DNA of 64,000 nt from Hypanus sabinus. Lineage: Eukaryota. A program made the position numbers and the translations under genes. Position 1 is the stretch's first letter, and each line of letters opens with the position of its first letter. Positions 1 to 12,425 of the stretch are shown piece after piece. Below the pieces are notes generated by a model. It saw only the letters and a program-made list of their open reading frames with translations, was not told the DNA's origin and made no database searches. The stretch spans positions 23,064,001-23,128,000 of the forward strand of contig NC_082731.1 in NCBI RefSeq assembly GCF_030144855.1. The letters are read 5' to 3'.

Positions 1-684
1 GTTTCACTCCAAATGACCAAAACACTCACATTTCATAAAATTCCAGTTATACAGCAATGTTCTTAAAACTTCTTTGTTGGAGTGTCTCAAAAATGTGTTT
101 TAGTTTAAATACACTTGAAATGAAGTTTGACAGAAATCTTCAGCGAATGGCAGTGTCACATATGCTCGATTCTTAAATAAAATTACGGCCCATGCAATCT
201 TATCACTAAATCCCTCTCCACTTCTAAGCCATGCCGGTTGACCGATTTGAAGCTTAAATGAATATCCAAAGTACGCTCTGAATATATATTATTAACGACA
301 GTGTCTCCAGAGGTCTGTGTCGTAAATAGTCACAGGCCAATGGAAGAGTAAGTTCTGGCTCATTAATGCTTTCGAAACAAAACCTCTACCCTTTGTTAAA
401 AGTAGTATTTAAATCAGAGTAAGATGCCACAATGAGGACAAACACTTTCCAGCAAACTCACCGACAAGAACAACGCAAAAAATCAAATCTGTATGTTTCA
501 GCAAATTCTTGTTATATTCATATATTTTTATTTTCCAGGCGATGTCGAAGTTTCTCCATTTTCTTCCAATTCAGATCAATGCTTCATTATTATTCCTTAA
601 TTGGTATTTGTTTCTGTTTGAGTAATTCTGTTTTGAAGTCCAAATCTGAGCCGAAAAGCAAACACCGAAGCATGGAATCTCAGA

Positions 685-958
685 AAACCTGCAGCACTAT
701 ACAGCCCATTCGGCGCCAAAATTTGTGCTGAACATGTACCTACCTTAGAAATTACTGGCGTTACCCATAGCCCTCTATTTTTCTTGTACCTATCCAAAAG
801 CCTCTTACACGACCTTATCCTATCCGCCTTCACTACCGTTGCCGGCAGCCCATTCCACACACTCACCAATCTCTCCGTAAGAAACCTACCACTGATATCT
901 CTTCTGAACCTACTGACAAGCACCTTAAACCTGTGCCCTCTTGTGGCCTCACAAGTCC
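685..958 (-). mobile_element. CR1-type LINE 3' fragment (ORF2 C-terminus plus tail)
   Basis: Minus frame reads TRGHRFKV...FLTERLVSVWNGLPATVVKA...KRLLDRY, the typical CR1 ORF2 C-terminus. Confidence 0.8.
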
Positions 959-1327
959 GTGCCCCTGCTTCTGCAATGAACATTGAAACATACAACGACT
1001 GTGTGTTATACACTACATATTCAGCAATAAAAAGAAAACACTCAGCAGACTGGCAGGGATATCAGAAGCAAGATGTCATTTTATGATGTGTATTGTACTT
1101 AACATTTGATTTTACTGTTGTCGAGTTGCTCTCTTTCTCTCTCTGTCCGCCCCTTTCTCGCCGTCCTTTCCGCTCCCTCTCTCGTTCTGTATATCTCTTT
1201 ATCTTAGTTACTCACTTAGTCAATTACTCATTATAAATTCCAACAGTGGTCCATTAACTGATTTATTTTGGTTCTCTTACAGCACGTTTGTCACAGATGG
1301 ACGCAATCCACTTGTACTTGCAGATAA

Positions 1328-1620
1328 ACATAGAAGGATGGAAATCCAACAGCAAAATGCAAACCCTTCGACCATCAAAGCAGTGCCGAACAGGTCGTAC
1401 CTTACAAGTTATCTAGTGTAATTCACAGCCCTCTATTTTTCGAAGCTCCATATACCTATACAGGAACCTCTTAAAAGACCCCATCGTTTATTGCTTCCAG
1501 CAGCAACCCTATTTCCGTAGCTGGCATTAAAGTGCAAGAAGATTTTGAATTACCTTATTCGTTATTCCTGCCCCATTCTTCCTTTACAGGAAACCATATT
1601 TTATGTCAGCGTTGGCAAAA
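1328..1620 (-). mobile_element. Decayed CR1-type LINE 3' fragment
   Basis: Resembles the reverse complement of the CR1 3' ends elsewhere in the window (catagaa...cccttcgaccatc, cctcttaaaagaccc). Confidence 0.55.
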
Positions 1621-1808
1621 CATCCAGGAAAACAGATTCAGATCATTATGTTGTTGATTTGAAATGACTTTCCTTTTAGCTTCTTCACATGCATGAGGAG
1701 TAAACAACGTTACTTGATGTCATTGTTTCAATGTGCAATGACCAGTCATAGCAATTTAAAATAATTCATCATCAATAGAACAGTGAACGTGAGATGTTAA
1801 TACGCTCG

Positions 1809-1905
1809 TCATCGTGAGTTAACCAGTCTGATGGGTAAGTGGAAGAAGCTGTCCCTGAGCCTGTTTGTCCTGGATTTTATGCCGGATGGTAGCAGCTGTA
1901 ATAGA
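1809..1905 (-). mobile_element. Rex1/Babar- or L2-like LINE C-terminal fragment
   Basis: Minus frame IKSRTNRLRDSFFHLPIRLVNS matches the RT-LINE C-terminal motif R..R..NSFFP.AIRLLN. Confidence 0.6.
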
Positions 1906-1912
1906 TTGGCTA

Positions 1913-1946
1913 GTCCTGACGAAGTGTCGCGGCCCGAAACGTCGAC
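1913..1946 (+). ncRNA. Minimal type I hammerhead ribozyme motif in a Penelope-like element terminal repeat (about 1906-2005)
   Basis: gtc-CTGACGA-agtgtcgcggccc-GAAAC-GTC-gac: both catalytic core boxes, palindromic ACGT helix III, gtc/gac helix I, helix II with one mismatch. Confidence 0.7.
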
Positions 1947-2289
1947 AGCGCTTCTCACTGTAGATACTGCCTGGCCTGCTGTGTTCCACCAGCATTTTGT
2001 GTGTGTAATAGATTGTATTTGCGGTGATTCGGGGCCCGATGATCTTTTTATCACATCTGTCTTTGTAAATATCCCGAATCAGGGGAAGATCACAGCTGCT
2101 AATTCTCTGGGTTCTCCGCTGCAACCCTCTGCAGAATCCTGCACGTAAGGGAAGGAAAGTTCCCCTGCTAGGCAGTGATGTTGCCAAGCAGGATACTCTC
2201 AAAAGAGCCCCTGCAGAATTCTGTTAGTATTTGGGGCCCATCCACCGTCGCAAGAGAAACGGACTTCTTCCCTGTATGGCGCCACATTT

Positions 2290-2790
2290 TTTATTGAGAT
2301 TGGGACAGTCAGTGTAGTATCGTCCGTAAATTTATTTAGCAGATTAGAGCTCTGGGTGGCGACAAATTCATGGGCACTCAGGGAGTAAAGGGAGAGACTT
2401 AGCGCACAGCGCTAAAGGGCTCCCGTGTGGAGAGTCAGAGGGGTGGAGATTAGAGTTCACACTCTCATTATCTGCCGGCGTTCTGACAGGAAAAAGCAGA
2501 CATAAATACCTTATTTATCCGGACGAAAACAAGGTTTCGTTCGAGACGCACCAAACAAGAATAGTAAAGAAATATAGCAATATAAAGCCATAAATAATTA
2601 AATAAAATTATTTAATCATACCAAGTGGAAATAAGTCCACCGCCAGCTATTGGCACAGGGTGTCTGACACTTCGAGGGAGGAGTTGTAAAGTTTGATGTC
2701 AACAGGTAGGAATGACATCCTGTGACGCTCAGTGTTACATTTCAGTTGACTGCGTCTCTGGCTGAATGTACTCCCATGCCTAACGTACCG
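2290..2790 (-). mobile_element. Rex1/Babar-like LINE fragments
   Basis: Minus strand 2290-2430 reads TGAP..CALS..LYSL..H..VA..SSN..NKFTDDTT (RT PQG/FADD region); 2640-2790 resembles the same family's 3' end. Confidence 0.55.
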
Positions 2791-2829
2791 CTCCTACTAC
2801 CCCCACCCCCCCCCCCCAAAGTGTTCCAG

Positions 2830-3960
2830 CATCACCCTGCACGGAGCGATACCATACTTGTGTTACCGAGGTGGAAGGAGAAAATGACGAAGAGGAGCCC
2901 GTGAGACAGGTGCAACCAGCGCCTCGCCGACACCGCCTTTGTCCACGAAAGATTCATTGGATCATTGCTACCGGTGCGGTGTGGGAGGTCATTTCGCGCG
3001 GGAATGCCCCGCACTGGCACAACGCCACATTTCAGAGCAGCCATTGGGAAATGTCGAGCGGGAACCGTCGCAGGAGTCCTAAAGCAGAACAACTCCGTGT
3101 TGTCCGTTTGAGTGAGGAGGATGGATTATACTTGGACTCCATGGTGTAGTGCATCATACGCTGTGCGTTGGTGGACACGGGTCAACCATCAGCATCATTC
3201 GTTCAAGGACAAGCCATCCCCGCCTGGCAGTCCAGCTAGTGCGGCCATCGATAACAGTGCTCCACTGCGAAAGAAGAGCGGGTTTCGCATCGCAGTGGAG
3301 AGAAACGCAGTAGTGCACGAGATGCGGCTCGCCAACATTTAAAAGTCCTGAATCCTTGGCCTGGACCTGCTGTACCGCGGGGCGACCCATGTGGAGGCAA
3401 CACTCTCCCTAGTATTAAAACCGTGGTAGTCCGGCAGGGAGGCTACAGGAAGCCTTCCCACTGGGGCCAGCAATCACCGCCAGTTGCACAGCAGCCCGTG
3501 GAAGTGCTGCACACCCGGCAGCGGCCCAGCGCAACACAGCTGAAAATCGGGGAAGCATCTTTTATAGCGTTTCAGGAGACAGCCCGCGACAACTTCAACA
3601 TCATGGGCCAGCAGTTGTGCAACGAGCAGGTGGGTGATCCGCTGTTGGACCGCGTGAGAGAATGGCTGGGTGTAGGACGCCCTGGATATATAAACCAAAA
3701 CCCTATACTGTACACACAGTAGGGAACGCTGGAGGACCACGACGGGCTACTCTTCAGACTATAACTTTTGTTCGATGGTGACAGACCCTTACAGTTGTTG
3801 ATCCCGCGGGGTCTCTGTGCCACAGTTCTGCGTTCGTTTCATGGGTTGCTGGAGGCTGTCCATATCAGAGTCGCAAAGATGCTCTCTATCTGCCAGGCTT
3901 GGACGCCTCTAGAAAAGACCGGGAGAGTTACGCGACAGCATCTACAACGTGTTAAATAGG
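2830..3960 (+). mobile_element. Ty3/Gypsy internal remnant (gag end, protease, integrase zinc-finger region)
   Basis: ALVDTG(fs)STISI protease motif at about 3165-3200, ILGLDLL, and LQLLIPRGL..TVL..FHG..A.HI.V.K integrase H2C2 region; stops and frameshifts. Confidence 0.75.
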
Positions 3961-4241
3961 TTACAGTTGCCTGAGTGGCGGAAGGCAGTCCTGTTGAATC
4001 TGGACCGTCAGTCATCGTGTCAGAATTTGGTCACCACTAACCCCGCGAGGATGAAAGAAGGAAGTGACACTCAGAATGCCCTGCCTCTTACTTCACACAA
4101 ACAGGCAGCAGTATCAACGCGTTTCTGAACTTTTACTCCTGGTATTTGATCTGCACTTGCCGGGGACGGTTGACCGCTTGGGTGGGAGCAGTGTGACTTT
4201 CCGGAGGACAGTGCGGTGGACTGCCTGCCTCTGCATTTCTA

Positions 4242-4680
4242 ATGACCCATACTGTTAATTCTTCTTCTGTTAAGATGCTTCTCTGGGATTATGCTGGTAA
4301 CAGTACGTTTATGACATTTTAGCTGGGGTTATACTGTTATTTGCATTTATATTTGTAGGACACACTAACTTCAAACGGAGTGTATGATTGTCACCTACAC
4401 CGTCGGTGTGAGACAGTGACTGCTCTGTTTGTGTCTATCGCAATAAAAATGCTGTGTTTTACAGCTTCCTTGTCTGACATCATGGACCAAATGCTGGCCA
4501 CAATATAATATTTTGAATACGGAAACCAGTTTGCGGTTTGGTTTCTCCAATGTATGTCCTCGGCTTTCAGCGGAATCGATTCTTCGAATGAATAGTTGTA
4601 ATTGTTTACCTTGCAAGAATTAGATCCAAGGATATGAGACAAGTTGTGTCATAATACAATATTCTGCAGAAACAGAACTT
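4242..4680 (+). pseudogene. Decayed TCR-type V gene relic (leader plus V exon)
   Basis: Leader MT(fs)ILLILLLLRCFS-G with donor GT>GG at 4286, acceptor tttgtAG 4357-4358, LTQT...VGETVT..CVY (Cys 4430), TGA at the Trp position 15 codons later, GFQRNRF at 4562 (intact V has EFARRRF). No RSS recognised. Confidence 0.5.
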
Positions 4681-5297
4681 TCAATTTTGGGCTAATGTCC
4701 TGGGTATATTATATCACTCGGGAACTGGATGTCTATGTAACCTATTTTCTACCTTTTTTTTTTCTCAATTCATAAGGGTACCAGAATTGTCTTTGCTTCT
4801 GAAATCGATTTCTGCAGCCATAAGATTAAATGTGGTATTTGGAGTTCGAAAACCATTGTCTGAGCCTCCACTGAATAAAGCGCCTTTCAGCTCGATATTC
4901 ATGTCTATTTCAATTGTGTTTTCAGAGCATCGAATTTCCTCAGCCGATTAATGTCCCAAACAATTGGATATCGAGTTGAGATCCCTTTAGATACGTTATC
5001 CTAACGAACTTCAGAGAAAATGACTTTCTTTGACAATATGAGTTTTGAAATGAATTTTGAAACACAGAATTAGTTTTTTTCTTCATTGAATTGGAAGAAA
5101 CGGCCAAAGTGCAAAGCCACCAAAACCTAAACACAAAGTAAAAAAAACAAAAATCGGAGTAGATCCTTCTCACCCCCTTACTCAATCTCCCCTTGAGATT
5201 ATATCCCAAAGTTCAACATGACGGGTTGCTAGAATTTTCTCTTATGGAAATAACAATGTTTGGCACGGCTGCTGAGCAACATAGAGTGCGGCAGCTG

Positions 5298-5305
5298 TGA
5301 CGTCA
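5298..5305. promoter_or_regulatory. Perfect CRE palindrome TGACGTCA (tgTGACGTCA, close to the TCR V promoter decamer)
   Basis: Exact motif in unique sequence; no attached gene found. Confidence 0.3.
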
Positions 5306-5699
5306 AATGCCATTATCTCAGCTATATTTCGTGAACTAACAGCTCTCATATGAACATGTTTCCTCATTTGGTGCTTCGAGTACAAGGAAGGCTTCACATC
5401 CCGTGGTGGACACCTGCTCACAGACCAAGAAAGTACATTCTTCTGAGCAGCAACAGGGCATTGCGATTCCCATATGGAATGTGTGGTACATGATGGTACA
5501 ACAATTCACGGTACCCGGATAGCAAACGGTACGGAATACAGATGGAGGCGATCAGAACGTCAGTATGCAGACTCTCATGATTAAAACATACCAATGAAAC
5601 CATCATAGTTGGCCCAAACAGCAAACTCATTTTGCAGAGGTCAATTGGTGAAATTTCAATCGGGATTTGAATGGTACAGCAGAAAGCCGTTAATTAGAC

Positions 5700-8600
5700 A
5701 ATCATGATTTGAATAACTCAGACTCAGCAGAAAGCAGGTGATTGGACAATCGAGGTCAGGTGACCAAGCAGTTTGAAAAGCTCAAACAAATAAATAGAGG
5801 GCCAGCTCAAGCGGAGCGGCCAGTGAGTGAGTGGACCAGTGAAGGAGTGGAGATTTGAGGCTTTCACTCGAGAGGCTTCGACGATAAGAGGCTGAGGAAG
5901 ACTTTCTTCCCAGTTAGTCTTTGCAATGCCATCTGAGACTGTGATGTGTCTCGCCTCTGAGATGTGGCATTCTTGGGGGATCTCCCTTCTCCCTCAGAGT
6001 CACATCTGCCTGGGGTTCTTGCGGCTGGGCGATCGGGAAAACTGTGTTGAGGAATCTGGACCAGCAGATGGATGACCTTCGACTCATGAGTGAGAATGAG
6101 GCAGTCATAGATGAGAGCTGCAGGGAGGTAGTCACACCTAGGCTGCAGGAAGCAGGTCATTTGGAAACAGTCCGAGGGGGGACTGCAGAGCCCACCTGTA
6201 TACATTCCCCTGAATAATAAGTTTACTGTTATGGATGCTGTTGGCAAGGATGACCGATCCGGTGTGAAATATGGTGGCAGTCCTCTGGCCCTGAGTCTGA
6301 TCCTGTGGTGCTGAAGGATGGGACGGAGAAGAGGAGAGCTGTCGTCATTAGAGGCTCTATAAGCAAGGGAGAAGACAGGAGATTTTATGTACATGAGAAG
6401 GACACCCGTATGGTTTGTTGCCTCCCGGGTGCCAGGGTCCGGGATATCTCTGACCGGGTGCATGACATACTGTTAGGAGAAGGAAAGCAACCAGAAGTCG
6501 TGATACAAGTTGGTATCAACTTCATGGGCAGGAAGAGGGATGAGGTCATGAAGAGTGAGTTTCGGCAACTAGGCAGAAGGCGGAAGAACAGGAACTCAAG
6601 GTTCGCGTTCTCAGGATTGCAGCCAGTGCTACGTGATAGTGATGGTAAGGATTGGAGGAGATGGTAGTTGAATGCGCAACTGAGGGGTTTCTGCAGAGCT
6701 CAGAGTATTAGATTTTTGGGTCATTGAGATCTCTTCTAGGGAATATGGGACCTGAACAGTTTGGATGTGTTACACCTGAACTCGAGTGGGAGCAATAACC
6801 CTGTAGGCTGGTTTGCTAGCAAGGTTCGGAAGGGCTTAAACTAACTTGCAAGTGGGTTGGGACCCAGCGCGATGGAGCAGTGAAAGATGTGCATGGAGTA
6901 AAGCCGGATCTAAAATATAGAGAGGCTTTGATGAAAAAGAAGCAGAATAAACGGTGTAAAGTTAGTAAAGTGGAAGGGATAAAGTGTGTGTACTTCAATG
7001 TAAGAAGCATCAGGAACAATGGTGATGAACTGAGAGCTTGGTTACATTCATGGAATTATGATGTAGTGTCATTACGAAAACTTGGCTGGCACCAGGGCAG
7101 GAATGGATTCTCAATATTCCTGGATTACAGTGGTTAAAAGGTATAGAGTGGATGATGGGGGGCATTACTAGTGTGAGATACTATTACAGCTGCAGAACGT
7201 GTGGATAATGTTCCAGGATCCTCTTTTGAATCAGTATGGATAGTCAGGAACAATGACGGGGCAGTTACACTAATGTGGCAATTCTTTAGCCCCCCTGGTG
7301 GCAGCAGAGAGACCGAGGAGCAGATTGGGAGGCTTATTTTGGAAAGGTGCTAAATAACAGGTTTTGTCATCATGGGTGACTTTAACTTCCCTAATATTGA
7401 TTGGCAATTGTTTAGTTCCAATGGATCTGATGGGGCAGAGTTTGCTAAGTGTGTCCAGGTTGGATTTCTGTCATAGTATGTTGACAGGCCGACTAGAGGG
7501 AATACCATACTAGATCTAGTATTAGGTAACAAACTGGGTCAGGTCACAGAGCTGTCAGTCAATCAGCATCTGGGGAACAGTGATCACTGCTCCAGGGCCT
7601 TTAGCATTATCATGGGAAACGATAGAATTAGAGAGGACAAGATTTTTTTTTTTAATTGTGGAAGGTCAAATGATGAGGCTATAAGGTGGGTGTGAATTGG
7701 GTTGATATTTTCGCAGTGAGATGCACTATGGACAAATGGTCGATGTTTATGGATCTTTTTGCACGATGTTAGGGATAAATTTGTCCCGGTGAAGATACTA
7801 AAGAATGTTAGGATGAAGGAACCACGCGTGACAAGTGAAGTGGAAAATCCAGGCAGGTCGAAGACTGCAGCATACATGAGGTTCAGGACGCAAGGATCAG
7901 AAGAGTCTTCTGAGGAATATAAGGTTGCAAGAAAGGAGATTAAGAAGGGTTTGAAAAGAGCAAAAATGGGGCATGAGCACGCCTTGGCGAGCAGGGTAAA
8001 GGAAAACCCCAAGGCAATTTTCAATTATGTGAGGAACAAAAGTATGACAGGAGTAAATGTAGGACCGATTAGAGATAAAAGTCGAAAGATATGCCTGGAC
8101 GCTGAGGAAGTGAGCGAGGTCCTCAATTAATGCATTTCATCGGTATTCGCCAATGAGAGGGAACTTGATGACGGTGAAGACAATGTGAGTGAGGTTGATC
8201 TTCTTGAGCGTGTTGATATTAAGGGAGAGGAAGTGTTGCAGTTGTTTAATACATTAGGACAGCTAAGTCCCCGGGGCCTGAAGGAATATTCTCCAGGCTA
8301 CTCTACGAAGCGAGGGAAGAGATTGCTGAGCCTTTGGCTAGGATCTTCATGTCCTAGTTGTCCACAGGAATGGTACCGGAGGATTGGAGGGAGTCGAATG
8401 TTGTCGCCTTGTTCAAAAAAGGTAGTAGGGTTAGTCCGGGTAATTATAGACCAGTGAGCCTTACGTCTGTGGTGGGAAAGCTGTTGCAAAAGATTCTTAG
8501 AGGTAGGAACTATGGGCATTTAGAAAATCATGGTCTGATCAGGGACTGTCAGCATGGCTTTGTGAAATGCAGATCGTGCCTAACAAGCCTGATAGAGTAC

Positions 8601-9790
8601 TTTGTGGAGTTGACCAGCCATATAGATGAGGGTAGTGTAGTGGATGTTATCTACAAGGATTTTAGTATGGCATTTGACACGCTTCCACATGGTAGTCTTA
8701 TTCAGAAAGTCAGAAAGCATGGGATCCAGGGAAGTTTGTTCAAGTGGATTCAGAATTGGTTTGCCTGCAGAAGGCAGAGTGTAGTGGTTGAGGGAGTACG
8801 TTCAGATTGGAGGACTGTGACTAGTGGTTTACCACAAGGATCTGTTTAGGGACATCTACTTTTCGTAATTTTTATTACCGACCAGGATGTAGGTGTTGAA
8901 GGGTGGGTTGGCAAGTTTGCAGACTTGTTGTGTTGCAGATAGTGGAGAAGATTGCAGAGAGACATTGATAGGATGCAAACGTGGGCTGAACAGTGGAAGA
9001 TGGAGTTCAACCCGGAGAAGTGTGAGGTGATACACTTTGGAAGGACAATATCCAAGGCAGAGTACGCAGTAATTGGCAGTATACTTGGTAGTGTGGAAGA
9101 GCAGAGGGATCTGGTGGTACATGTGCACACATTCCTGAAAGCTGCCTCATAAGTAGATAGAGTAGTTAATTAAGCTTATGGGGTGTTAGCTTTCATAAGT
9201 CAACGTATAGAGTTTAAGAGACGCGATGTACTGATTCAGCTCTATAAATCCGTAGTTAGGCCACACTTGGTGTACTGTGCCCAGTTCTGGTCACCTCACT
9301 ATACGAAGGATGTGGAATCATTGGAAATGATACAGAGGAGATTTACCAGGATGCTTCCTTGTTTAAAGAGTATGGATTATGATCAGAGATTAAGGGAGAT
9401 GGGTATTTACTCTTTGGAGAGAAGAAGGATGAGAGGAGACATGATAGAGATGTACAAGATTTTAAGAGGAATAGACAGAATGGACAGCCAGCGCCTCTTC
9501 AATAGGGTACCACTGCTCAGTACAAGAGGACATGCCTTTAAGTTAAAGGAAGGGAAGTTCAAGGGGGATATTACAGGAAGGATTTTCACTCAGAGAGTGG
9601 TTTGTGCGTGGAATGCACTGCCTGAGTCAGGGGTGGAGGCAGACACACTAGTGGAGTTTATTAGACTACTAGACAGGTATATGGAGGAATTTAAGGTGGG
9701 TGGTTATATGTGAGGCAGGGGTTGAAGGTCATCACAACCTTGTGTGCCGGAGGGCCTGTAATGTGCTGTACTATTCCATGTTCTATGTAA
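5700..9790 (+). mobile_element. Near-full-length decayed CR1 LINE (5'UTR, ORF1 esterase-like, ORF2 APE plus RT, 3' tail)
   Basis: ORF1 RMVCCLPGARVRDI...QPEVVIQVG; APE KCVYFNVRSIRN, GDFNFP, SDH; RT NYRPVSLTSVVGKL, QHGF, DFSMAFD, SGLPQGSV, KFAD; many stops and frameshifts. Confidence 0.95.
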
Positions 9791-10259
9791 AACGAAATCG
9801 GGTGAGTGCGTAATAGGTGAGGTTTTCATTTTAATCATACGTGGGAAATAATGCAGGAATGCAAATAGATCAGACTGGATCTTTCGTGATACAACCATTG
9901 AATTTTTTTGTTTTATTAACAGTGACCCGAAGTAGCACACTGATGTACATTAATGTTTAAAACAAGGGAAATCTAAAGAATATGCTGGTCGGCTTTTTAA
10001 TCTTTGCTTTCAGTGTTATTTTTTTAGACCTGAAGTGATCGCCGCTGATATACAGTTTTTTTTCCTTTCAAGATCACTTCCTGGAGGGGCACAACACCGT
10101 ATCTCATGTATCCCTGGGAATAAAGAGCACTCTGACCTTAGGTTCTTGAGTCAGGTAGTGAAAGGGTTGAAATAGCAGATTCCGGGCACCCTTGTGATTA
10201 GTGATCTGGGTCCCTACGCAGGAGGACAGTCAACAGCTGTGCGCCTTTACGTATAAAGA

Positions 10260-12185
10260 GCATTAATATTCCTGGACGAGAGTGCTTCAGGGTTATACTG
10301 ACCGTCCAGCGAAACATGTACCTACCGTATACTTCACTGCTGCTAGCCAGGCGTGTCATTTTATAATTTTTTTCTACGTATATGACGTGACCCGTCCTCT
10401 ACTCATCCATCCATGAGCCGAAACGGGAGTACGAACGACAAATCGTCTGAAAAGGCTCTATTTTAGGCACAATATTTCCATTTCCAAATGCAGGCATTCC
10501 GGATGACTGTTGGTTTGTGCAGGATGTGTGATATGACACCTAATTAGTTCTGCTCAATTCTCCGGTTATATCGAGCATAAATGCCATTTTGGCTGTTATG
10601 CTATCTGAACCTCGATGATGCACGGTGCTTCATCTTAAGTCCAATGTGTTCTAAGTCCTTTCGCACTAGAACAGTCAATACCTGGGCGGCATTACGTATT
10701 ATGAACAATTATATACCTGGCCGAGATTGTCTCAGGGTAATAATAACCATTCAGCGATACGTGCAGCTGCCGTATACTTCACTGCTGTCAGCCTCACGTG
10801 CCATTTTATAGAATGTTTCTACGTATATGACGCAACCAGTCCTCTAGTCATCCATCTGTTACGTATTCAGGCAACAATAAATATATGAGTTAGGCAAGGG
10901 TTTTTATAACAAACAATACGTTTATTAAACACTGAAAACAAAAACCCCAAAAGTAAACAAACACTAACGTAACCGCAAATCGGCTGCTGTCCGGCAGCTT
11001 AAACAGTTCTTAAAGCGATGCAGCTCAAACAGTTCTTAAAGCGATGTTGCAAAAACAGTTATTTTAAGGAGGATTGCCACAAGTTCAAAATGCTCACGGT
11101 TCATTTTAGGGAAAGACTTGTTAAGACGATTTAAATTCTATTTCACGTCGTTTTGCTTCGATCCCCGGCGTCGAACGTTTCCCATGAAGAATTCACGAAA
11201 CGGAACGAAACGGCTTAAAGGCACTGACCTTTCCTTTTTCCTTTATCACACTGTCCTCAGTCTTCTGCTATCCCGCAGAGATTAACACGAGAGCAGTCAA
11301 CGAAATCCTTTCGAATAAAGATTAAATAAGGTCGAACCCGTTTCGCCGTCGAAATAGATTCTCCTCTATCTTTAACTCCCGATCTCTGATCTTCACTGTC
11401 CACTGATTTCTCAAACTCGCAGTATTGTAAAGAAACTGCTGGCAATGACCTTTTAAATTTTAGGCATTAGATAAAATTTCATCCTTCAACTAAACTGCGT
11501 CATCACATTAAATCACGCACTGGCATGAAGTCAACTTGGCAAATCCAACCACGAACTGCCCCTCTCACAGGGTGGGGTCTTCCTTTTATAACCTGTTATA
11601 AAACCTGTCACATTACCTCTACTGGCGGGAAAATGACGTCACTCCACCATCACATTACCTCAAGTCCAGTATAGCTTCAACCCCAGTCACGTGACAAGTG
11701 TAACACTGTCATGTGTCACGAGTACGTAACACATCCATGAGCCGAAACTAAGAGTACGAATGATAAATCGTCTGAAGAATCTCTAGTTAGGCAAAATATT
11801 TCCCTTTCCAAATGCAGGCCGTCGGGATAACTGGTTGTTTGTGTAAGAAGTGCGAGATTTCAACTAGATAGCACAGCCCATTCCTCTGGTTATACCGAAC
11901 ATAAGTGCTGTTTTGGCCGTTCTGCTCTCTGAATCTCTAAGGTGCACGGTGAATGATCTCAGCTCCACCTTATACTATGACCTTTCGCTTAAGAATAGTC
12001 AATAAAAGTGCGTTTTTACCTATTATGAACAGTAATATATCTGGCCGAAGTTGTCTCAGGGCAACACTGACCAGCCAGCGATGTGTGCAGCTGCCATACT
12101 CGTCACTGCTGCCAATCACCCGTATCATTTTATACTACTCCTCAACGTAAATGACACATCCAGTGCTTTTCCCATCCATCCATAT
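10260..12185 (-). repeat. About 446-bp tandem unit (two full copies plus a partial), each with CRE-like and TATA motifs on the minus strand
   Basis: catccatgagccgaaac recurs at about 10410 and about 11735; TTTTATA at 10359, 10804, 12128; TGACGTGA 10383, TGACGCAA 10828; second unit split by a solo LTR. Confidence 0.8.
10857..11731 (-). mobile_element. Solo LTR (Gypsy/ERV-like), 875 bp
   Basis: Termini TGTTACGTA...TACGTAACA; 4-bp TSD CATC confirmed against the uninterrupted sister unit at about 10400; orientation inferred from minus-strand AATAAA. Confidence 0.85.
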
Positions 12186-12202
12186 AGATGAGGATCAAAC
12201 TA

Positions 12203-12425
12203 CCTGCTATTTACACCAGGTACTTTCTTCAGTTAACTGATGATGTAACTGCAGCCATTGATCAGAAGAAGATGTCGTCAGGGGGAGCCCAGCTTTCGTG
12301 GGTGTTTCAGCGCTAACTACTCTACTCTCTAGCTGGCGGGTCATCAGGACACTGCCCAGGAAATCCTGACTTCCAGATTCACAGATCTCGCCTGCACTGT
12401 ATCCAGAAAGCTGCTCTTTCTGCTT
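12203..12425 (-). pseudogene. Decayed V-set exon relic (conventional length)
   Basis: Minus strand: IQC, IW....PGQCP (W0/P5/G6/Q7/P9 spacing), GLP(D)R-like, IIS*LK..PGV; Trp to terminal Cys position about 57 codons; Cys23-Trp spacing is short. Confidence 0.35.

Noticed and set aside
432-731. ORF with nearby CCAAT/TATA-like motifs and a 48-nt GT-AG intron-like stretch
   Set aside because: No hydrophobic leader in a consistent phase, the intron is too short, no V motifs follow, and the 3' end runs into a CR1 tail.
5380-5620. V-like words (DTCSQT, VWY, TLMIK) downstream of a perfect CRE
   Set aside because: No splice acceptor, no Cys23 at the expected place, and spacing is inconsistent with a V domain.
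5864-9130. Antisense ORFs up to 199 aa over the CR1 element (and similar ones over other TEs)
   Set aside because: Shadow frames of TE coding sequence with no independent gene signals.
4339-9866. Isolated octamers at 4339-4346 and 9859-9866
   Set aside because: Expected by chance in AT-rich DNA; neither is in a promoter position.
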